Below are positions 52,533 to 60,814 of a stretch of DNA of 60,814 bases, piece by piece. The translations under genes and the position numbers were made by a program. Each line of letters starts with the position of its first letter. Within the stretch, counting starts at the first letter, position 1. The notes under the pieces are model-generated. The model had not been told where the DNA came from and searched no databases. It was given only the letters and a program-made list of their open reading frames with translations. Source of the stretch: Tubiluchus corallicola (Eukaryota; Animalia; Priapulida); assembly GCA_030141605.1 (NCBI GenBank), contig JAQGDQ010001125.1, positions 1 through 60,814 on the forward strand, in the 5' to 3' direction.

Positions 52533-53666
52533 TTTAGCTGGATACCAGACCAATTTATTGAATGGAGCTTCCTAAATTTTTGTACAGATGGCAGCAGCTA
52601 CATGTACTCTACACGGGCCTTTGGGTCTCCATTCGATTAAAAGCGATTTAAGGGAGTTATGCCAATTAAAACCTCAAGTCCCCTGTGGGGGACAGTGGGA
52701 CCGACGAGGATATGAAGAAACCCTAATGCTAACAGACTGCTTCTTTGGAAGAATAAACAGGGTAGAAGGCAGGTATCACATGTACTTAATTTTCTAAGCC
52801 AGAAGTAATACAACACAGTGTTCTCTCTAAAGTTTTGCCAAGCCAACTGTTGCATGATGGCTTTGTGTGCACTCCAAGTAAAACCGGATGCTGCTATCGC
52901 TGCCTGCCATCCGTTCTGTTATCTCACAAACTGCTATTCGTCGGTCATCCGAGTCAGATCTCTTTGGCTCATGACCTTTTACCGCTGGTGGTCTGAAGGT
53001 TGATACGACAATTGCTTGACCATATAACCCAGTCAAATCATTGGTTAATTCACTGACATAATTATAGTAATCCACGCCACTATTGACCTCATGGTGGTAG
53101 ACTTGGTACGAGCTGTAGTGTTGCCATGCCGAGTATCTACTGTCGCCGCTGGAGACACTAACTTGTTTGATTACTTCTGTCCATTCGTCCACCTGCGTGG
53201 TTGTCATTAATGGCATCGTTTGGTCTGGTTGTCAATCCCCTATCCCGAGCATTAGTGTCCATAAATCAGATAATATAGTCGAGTCTGATGTGTCTTCTTT
53301 GGGTGTCAGACTTGTTGACTGCATTGGGTTATCTCTGGCTCCAGCCGACGCTTCTGTTGTTTCGTCACGTCCTGCACCATGACGCTTGTGCTGTGTATGG
53401 GTGCCAATAGCTTCTGCTGGTATATCAGCATCCATTTAATAACTCTTACACTAAAAATTTATGTAATTTGAATCAAATGAACAGGTAATTTTTCTGATCA
53501 TGTCTTTGGTTACCTGCAGCTAAGTTACAGTAATCCTTTGTACATTAAGAGAAGGCTTATTAGGGTATATAGGTAAACATTCTTTTAGTAATAAGTCCCA
53601 GTTATTTGCATATCTGTATTTATTAATTTAAAAACGTCTAACACATTTTCAACCCGAGAAATGAAT

Positions 53667-54990
53667 ATAAAAATGTGCCGATATGCATTTTAACTTTCTT
53701 TACTACATTAGCTTTAGCTTTTACTACATGCACCATGTAAATTCTGTATTCGGATCTTTCATCTTTGAGAGAAAATCTACTGTGGGGTCGTCTATCACTG
53801 ACTATATATCAAAAAAGTGATCTAAAAGCACGACAAGTTGAGAATTAATACGAGGGACGATGGTGGAAACCTTATTCAGACAATGAATGCGGCGTACAAG
53901 AACGCTGATGCAGTCACAGTCACGGCTGATGCAATGAATAGGCTGGGTTGCTAAATGGCCATATTTCTGGAGGTGGTCCGATACCTTTGTAAATGACTGT
54001 AAATACAAACGTGAAAAAGCACTTAACATTGACCACCAGTTCATGACACAGACACGAATATGAAGTCTGTTGTTTCTGAACATTTTCATCCATTACAATC
54101 TCACTGATATGTGCAGTTCTTTTTATGCTTATAGCGTAGCTTATCTCCTGTTCAAGCTTCGCTTGTATGGTTTATCATTACAGGATAACCTCATGAGACC
54201 CAAGATAAATTCATGTGTGTTTTTCTTAATATTATAGACTTTTTATAACATACAGATCCTAGTGAACTTACACACCAAGTTTTTTCATGATCATCCTTGA
54301 CCTTGACCTTGACCTCCTATGTCAGATACGCATTTCAACTTTCTTTGCTTTTACTAAAGACTTATAATTAAACATTTTCCATTTTTTTACATCTTTTAAA
54401 CATAATTTGCAAAACATTATAATAACACGACATGCCTTCGAATTGAAAATGCTGTCATTTTGGCATGTACTTGTCATACGCAAATTTCCCAGTATGGCAA
54501 AATTGTGTAAGCTTGTCCATGGCATCTAGTAAAGTTCTGTCTAAAATAAGTGATTGTAGAAATTGGTGTGAGGGATTTGCTTTAACCACATCTCTTCAAG
54601 GGCATCTCTTGAAATATTGATTTTCTTTGCTAGCCTTTATTTCTTCTCTAGTGGCAAGATTCTTTTTTAAAAAAATCCTTGAGAGACAGTTTTGTTTCCA
54701 TCTCAGCCCCAAATACTAAGGTATAAAGATCTTACAATTCTCACCAGGTTTGTAATTAATAGTTGTGCTTTTTCTCTTGGACGACTCACAGAGAAAACAC
54801 GTTGTCAAATCAAACAGGTTTATTATGTGGAAACTCTCCAACACAAAGTATGAAGGAACTCAAAGTATGTACAGTCAAGTGACAGGAAATCTGGATAGGC
54901 AACTGCATCCGATAATCTGGAAGCAAGAATGTGAGAATATGAGAATAAATATGAGACCTGGTACTTCAAAGTTTATACTACATTTCACTT
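53667..54990. repeat. Direct segmental duplication, copy 1
   Basis: Near-identical to about 59507-60814 (offset about 5.83 kb). Confidence 0.95.
54400..54560 (-). mobile_element. Kolobok-like DDE transposase fragment (also at about 60225-60400)
   Basis: LLDAMDKLTQFCHTG...KYMPK*QHFQFEGM; the family is recalled from this motif. Confidence 0.55.
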
Positions 54991-55360
54991 CGTTAATAAA
55001 AACAACATCAAACAAATTTGTAAGGGTTAGTACATCATTACTCAATAGTTTACCTTTAATACCATTTATATTCCAAGAACAGATTCGTAACACTTCATTC
55101 GTATTGGCATTTATCTCAGACTCTATAAAAAAGATTTTGTAACATTTGCGTTATAAATGATAGTCCCATTTCTATTTAAAGTTTTTTCTCGCCAATTTAT
55201 CGCTCGCTCGCATCCTACATTTTCTGATTTCTTCTTTTCCTCTTTCAGTGCCCTCCTAAGTTCAGCATTTTGTTTACGTATTAAAGGAGAAACATCCGTA
55301 TTGACGTACACACGCTTTAGCCACATACACCAAGTGAATTCAGTAACTGGATCTTTGAGG
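54950..55360 (-). mobile_element. LINE fragment: ORF1 end plus ORF2 AP-endonuclease start
   Basis: VYVNTDVSPLIRKQNAELRRALK...* followed by LRICSWNINGI...DVVFINE (EEP/APE motifs). Confidence 0.8.
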
Positions 55361-55745
55361 CAGTTGTGACATACACACGCTTTAGCCACATACACCACGT
55401 GAATTCAGTAACTGGATCTTTGAGGCAGTTGTGACGTACACACGCTTTAGCCACATACACCACGTGAATTCAGTAACTGGATCTTTGAGGCAGTTGTGAC
55501 GTACACACGCTTTAGCCACATACACCACGTGAATTCAGTAACTGGATCTTTGAGGCAGTTGTGACGTACACACGCTTTAGCCACATACACCACGTGAATT
55601 CAGTAACTGGATCTTTGAGGCAGTTGTGACGTACACACGCTTTAGCCACATACACCACGTGAATTCAGTAACTGGATCTTTGAGGCAGTTGTGACGTACA
55701 CACGCTTTAGCCACATACACCACGTGAATTCACTAACTGGATCTT
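55302..55745. repeat. 65-bp minisatellite, about 7 copies
   Basis: Unit tgacgtacacacgctttagccacatacaccacgtgaattcagtaactggatctttgaggcagttg. Confidence 0.96.
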
Positions 55746-56096
55746 CAAATTTTGAGGCAGTTGTGCTTTCTGACTCAAAATATCAGGATAGGAAAACGTA
55801 CAAGACACAAAACAAAACACAGCATAACATCCGTGAACAAGTTGATGTCCATGTCCGTGAAACAAGTTGCAATCATTTTAACCCTTAATAATTGGGTCCA
55901 AGCTGTATGCATCTGGTACTTAATGGCTTAAGATAGGAAAACAAACTAGCACTGAGTCTAAGCTATCTGCATCTTTGGTGCTGTTTATAAAGCCAAGAGG
56001 CAGCTGTGCTTTCTGACTCAAGAGTATCAGTCTGCCAATGCTAATCTTGCTTTCCTTATCAGTTTAGTAACTGAACAACTTATGCTCAGTTGTTCA

Positions 56097-57876
56097 TGGT
56101 CACAGTGCAATCTTCTCTGTCATGTGCAAGGGGTAGTGGGTTTGGGTCCCGCCGAGGTCGCCTTTTTTCATTGCAAATCGTATAGAAATCGGCCGAATGT
56201 GACTTGCAGACTTTATTTTACACCATTCTGCTGAAGAATACAAAACAAATTAGCTAAGTAAGAAAAGGAAACATCTTATATGTATAAATATTATTTATAA
56301 ATTATGTACAAGTATACATGGTATACAGGCGTATGCTCCACAACTTTAAACTTGCAGCCTTCTGTCTTGAATTGTCATTCAGTACAGGTTTTAACACCTA
56401 AACGATTGGTGTTTCTCCCAGTAGATACACACACAAAGAAATACACAGTGGGTGTCCCAGCATCTTCAAACGTGTGGCCTTCTTACTTTTAAGTTCCATT
56501 TGGTATGGGTTTTTACACCTAAACGATTAGTCATTTCATCAGATGGGACACGCATGAAACACATGGAGCCAACAGTTGGCTATAGAGGCAATCTCTAAAG
56601 TGCAGGTCATTTTTCCTTGTCTTTCTCCTTGCTCTTCTCCTCCTCCTCATTTGCTTTCTATTTTGTAGATATCCGGACAAGGACGTCTTCCAACCACACG
56701 GAATACCTTCATTTGGACACAAAAGGTATCCACGCTGACACCGATGGCCTGTGTCAGCAGTCCTTTCGAAACCACATTTCTTGCAACAATTGGAAGCCTT
56801 CAGTCGCTTGTACTTCGGAGATTGCCCTTCTTCTCGCATGCGACGATGTCTGTATGATGTTGAGCGAGGCACGCTTGGTGGTTTGTCAGCATCATCAGGC
56901 AACTTCTGCTTTCTTACAGATGCCTCACCAGCTGTATTCGAAGGTAGAATGTAGGTATACCTTTCCTGGTATTCTACAACTGGAGGTGCATCGGGAAGTT
57001 GACGCGCCAGTGGAAGTGGACGCGGTGATGTTAACGGCTGTGATGGAAGGTCCATACCCTGTACAAGTGTGTCCTGCTCTTGCGCTTTCATTTTCTTGTT
57101 GAACCTACAAGGACAATATACAGTGTTACAATAATATAGTGTATATATATATATAAATGCAGTGTAAGCATTTCACATCAGGGTCAAACGAAGGTGGCTT
57201 CAAGACTTTACCAGTTTGCGAGAAGCGGTATTCTATGCCTATCAGCTCACCTATAAAAAGAAATTAGAATTAAAACTGAGACAATAATAACTAAATACAC
57301 ATTTTGACACATCAGGCACAATAATATTAAACTGAACATGTTGCACAAATTAAAGTAATGTAATATTACAAACCTGTGTATTTTCCTGGTGCTTGATATG
57401 AAGAATCATAGTCGCATCCAAAAACCTTCCTGTTCAGTTCATTCCCTGTCTGCTTCAATTCACTGCTGAAAGTCCGTTGAGAAATTTTCGTGGTGGTACT
57501 AACTGAAGCAGCACCCCTATCCTCATTCCGTCTAACAATACCCTCCAACAGGTAAGCTTGGAAGTGCGTTTGATTTGCACTCATTCCTGAAATTGCAATA
57601 TATAGAAATTAATACTAAATACCAAAAAGAAGAAGCCCTGGAGAAAATGCATGTTATAATAATTTGAAGTGCCAAACCAAGAAATTCATGTCATTTATCA
57701 CAAAAACATTTGAATTAACACCTGGGATGAAGTTGACAAGATGGCTATGAAAAAGACTCCAAAGATGTTGAGCCACGTGCACATCTATATACTGGTAGGA
57801 TGACATCTCCTTTCCTCACAATACCTGTCTGAGTGTAGAGCCAGTAGTTTGGTGGATCTTGCAGACATTTCACATG
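56097..57876 (-). mobile_element. Spliced transposase relic, probably Dada superfamily (3' part)
   Basis: Exon pieces 57876-57722 (CLQDPP...LPVYRCARGSTSLESF/HSHLVNFIPG, frameshifted), 57586-57374 (SANQTHFQAYLLEG), 57250 onward (GELIGIEY) and 57104 onward (CKKC...H...C finger); AATAAA at about 56212-56217; CAGAGAAGA at 56119-56111. Confidence 0.7.
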
Positions 57877-58345
57877 ATCTAATCCCTGCCTACCTCCTTA
57901 CGGGGCTCTGCCAGTCCAAAAGTGGCTGTCCTGACCAGAGCCCAGATTTGATCAAATCCCCGCCTACCACCTTACGGGGCTCTGCCAGTCCAATGGTGGC
58001 TGTCCTGACCAGAGCCCAGATTTGATCTAATCCCCGCCTACCACCTTACGGGGCTCTGTCAGTCCAATAGTGGCTGTTCTGACCAGAGCCCAGATTTGAT
58101 CAAATCCCTGCCTGCCACCTTACGGGGTTCTGCCAGTCCAATTGTGGCTGTCCTGACCAGAGCCCAAATTTGATCTAATCCCTGCCTACCTCCTTACGGG
58201 GCTCTGCCAGTCCAATAGTGGCTGTCTTGACCAGAGCCCAGATTTGATCTAATCCCCGTCTACAACCTTACGGGGCTCTGCCAGTCAAATAGTGGCTGTC
58301 CTGACCAGAGCCCAGATTTCCGCTCAACCCCACCTACCACCTTAC
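57876..58345. repeat. 74-bp GC-rich minisatellite, about 6 copies
   Basis: Unit gatctaatccctgcctacctccttacggggctctgccagtccaatagtggctgtcctgaccagagcccagattt. Confidence 0.95.
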
Positions 58346-58610
58346 TGCCTGGAAAATCTTTTTACTGCCTAGAATGCCTTTTTTCTACTAACAACATAGA
58401 TACATTCCACTTGGAAAGTCTTTTTACTTGTCTTTTTTCTACTAACAGCATAGATACATGCCACTAGGAAAGTCTTTTTACTGCCTAGAATGTCTTTTTT
58501 CTACTAACAACATGGGTACATTCACTTGGAAAGTCCTTTTATAGCCTAGAATTTCTTTTTTCTACTAACAACATAGGTACATTCCACTTGGAAATTCTTT
58601 CTACTGCAAT
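58345..58610. repeat. About 60-bp tandem repeat, about 4 copies
   Basis: Repeated ggaaagtctttttactgcctagaatgtcttttttctactaacaacatag... Confidence 0.85.
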
Positions 58611-58703
58611 TAAAGTCTCAGATGAGCCCAGATGTGAGAGCATAGTACTGTAAGGTTGGTACTTAAGAATGACATTCAGCACTCAACGAGAGGGAGACCC
58701 ATT

Positions 58704-59028
58704 CTACTCGAGCTTCCAAGACGAACCGCCCCAACGGTTGTCCCGGAAGACTCTCCCTCACCACTACAATGCGTGGAGGTCCCGGAAGACGAATGGACTG
58801 AGGGCATAGGAGCGACTTGCCCCTGTGCCCTAGACCATATGGTCCCGATCCTCCAGCATCTAGGCACCATGCTACTCGAGCTTCCAAGGCGAACCGCTCC
58901 AACGGTTGTCCTGGAAGACTCTCCCTCACCACTACAATGCGTGGAGGTCCCAGAAGACGAATGGACTGAGGGAATAGGAGCGACTTGCCCCCGGGTGCTA
59001 GACCATATGTTCCAGCGTCTGGGCACCG
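58704..59028. repeat. 168-bp tandem duplication
   Basis: ctactcgagcttccaag... at 58704 and 58872. Confidence 0.92.
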
Positions 59029-59506
59029 GTTGGTCTTCACGGTCCTCACGGCACTCGCAGTTGCATAAAAAATTAAAACAGCCCATCATGGTCCACTAAA
59101 GAATGCACTAGAGACTTGCAAATAATACCGCCTTTCTCGCATCGAAAGCAAAGAAAGAAATGAGGCCGAACAAAGACTGACATCTATTAGGTCAGTTGCA
59201 AGATCGAAGAACAATATATGAATGACGTAATGTGTCAACATTGACCACCAGTTCATGTCACAGACACGAATATGAAGTCTCTTGTTTCTAAACATTTTCA
59301 TCCATTATAATCTCACTGATATGTGCAGTTCTTTTTGTGTTTTTAGCGTAGCTTATCTCCTGTTCAAGCTTCGCTTGTATGATTTAAGTCCTGCTTGTTT
59401 TGTCTTTAATGTAAGCTTCTTCACATAGTCACCAATTTTGAAAAACATGCTCGGCAGAGCAGTTGCTCCCCTCTTCCTCTCTTTGTTACGCCACTGTTTA
59501 CTAGGC

Positions 59507-60814
59507 TTATAAAAATGTGCAGATACGCATTTTAACTTTCCTTGCTTTTACTACATGCACCATGTAAACTCTGTTATTAGGTCTTTCAATTTTGAGAGAA
59601 AATCTGCTGTGGGGTCATCTGTCGCTGACTATATATCAAAAAAGTGATCTGAAAGCACGACAAGTTGAGAATTAATACGAGGGACGATGCTGGACACCTT
59701 ATTCAGACAATGAATGCGGCATACAAGAATGCTGATGCAATCACAGTCACGGCTGATGCAATGAATAGGCAGGGTTGCTAAATGGCCATATTTCTGGAGG
59801 TGGTCCGATACCTTTGTAAATGACTGTAAATACAAACGTGAAAAAGCACTTAACATTGACCACCAGTTCATGACGCAGACACGAATATGAAGTCTGTTGT
59901 TTCTGAACATTTTCATCCATTACAATCTCACTGATATGTGCAGTTCTTTTTATGCTTATAGCGTAGCTTATCTGTTCAAGCTTTGCTTGTATGGTTTATG
60001 ATTACAGGATAACCTCATGAGACCCAAGATAAATTCATGTGTGTTTTTCTTAATATTATAGACTTTTTATAACATACAGATCCTAGTGAACTTACACACC
60101 AAGTTTTTTCATGATCATCCTTGACCTTGACCTTGACCTCCTATGTCAGATACGCATTTCAACTTTCTTTGCTTTTACTAAAGACTTATAATTAAACATT
60201 TTCCATTTTTTTACATCTTTTAAACATAATTTGCAAAACATTATAATAACACGACATGCCTTCGAATTGAAAATGCTGTCATTTTGGCATGTACTTGTCA
60301 TACGCAAATTTCCCAGTATGGCAAAATTGTGTAAGCTTGTCCATGGCATCTAGTAAAGTTCTGTCTAAAATAAGTGATTGTAGAAATTGGTGTGAGGGAT
60401 TTGCTTTAACCACATTAGTCCAAGGGCATCTCTTGAAATATTGATTTTCTTTGCTAGCCTTTATTTCTTCTCTAGTGGCAAGATTCTTTTTTAAAAAAAT
60501 CCTTGAGAGACAGTTTTGTTTCCATCTCAGCCCCAAATACTAAGGTATAAAGATCTTACAATTCTCACCAGGTTTGTAATTAATAGTTGTGCTTTTTCTC
60601 TTGGACGACTCACAGAGAAAACACGTTGTCAAATCAAACAGGTTTATTATGTGGAAACTCTCCAACACAAAGTATGAAGGAACTCAAAGTATGTACAGTC
60701 AAGTGACAGGAAATCTGGATAGGCAACTGCATCCGATAATCTGGAAGCAAGAATGTGAGAATATGAGAATAAATATGAGACCTGGTACTTCAAAGTTTAT
60801 ACTACATTTCACTT
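59507..60814. repeat. Direct segmental duplication, copy 2 (runs off the window)
   Basis: Matches 53667-54990; an extra partial copy at about 59237-59385 matches 54026-54170. Confidence 0.95.

Noticed and set aside
56140-56185. U1 snRNA fragment (ccgagg...cattgca)
   Set aside because: Only two short words match; there is no 5' ATACTTACCTG and no Sm site.
53667-60814. LTR retrotransposon or KolobokP-type long terminal direct repeats
   Set aside because: No TG...CA ends, PBS/PPT or gag-pol; the repeats themselves contain broken transposase and LINE fragments.

Overview
AT-rich, repeat-dense animal (bilaterian-looking invertebrate) genomic DNA, not prokaryotic. Host genes: an intronless Shaker/Kv1-type potassium channel CDS (27165-28637, +) with an atypical S6 gate (LVP instead of PVP); a near-identical partial duplicate covering T1+S1 about 1.3 kb downstream; five exons of a MEST-like alpha/beta hydrolase (34458-42917, +; the remainder was not found in the window); and an N-terminal fragment of a heparan sulfate 3-O-sulfotransferase-like gene (- strand). 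The rest is mobile and tandem DNA: a 3.6 kb 82-bp satellite, about ten minisatellites, five copies of a hAT MITE with 8-bp TSDs, piggyBac, Harbinger, pogo and Kolobok-like MITEs, LINE and SINE relics, a decayed intron-containing piggyBac transposase, a probable Dada-U6-like transposase relic with a U6-matching subterminal motif, and a duplicated (>=1.3 kb) block of TE fragments running off the window end. All family assignments come from motif recognition by eye; no searches were run.
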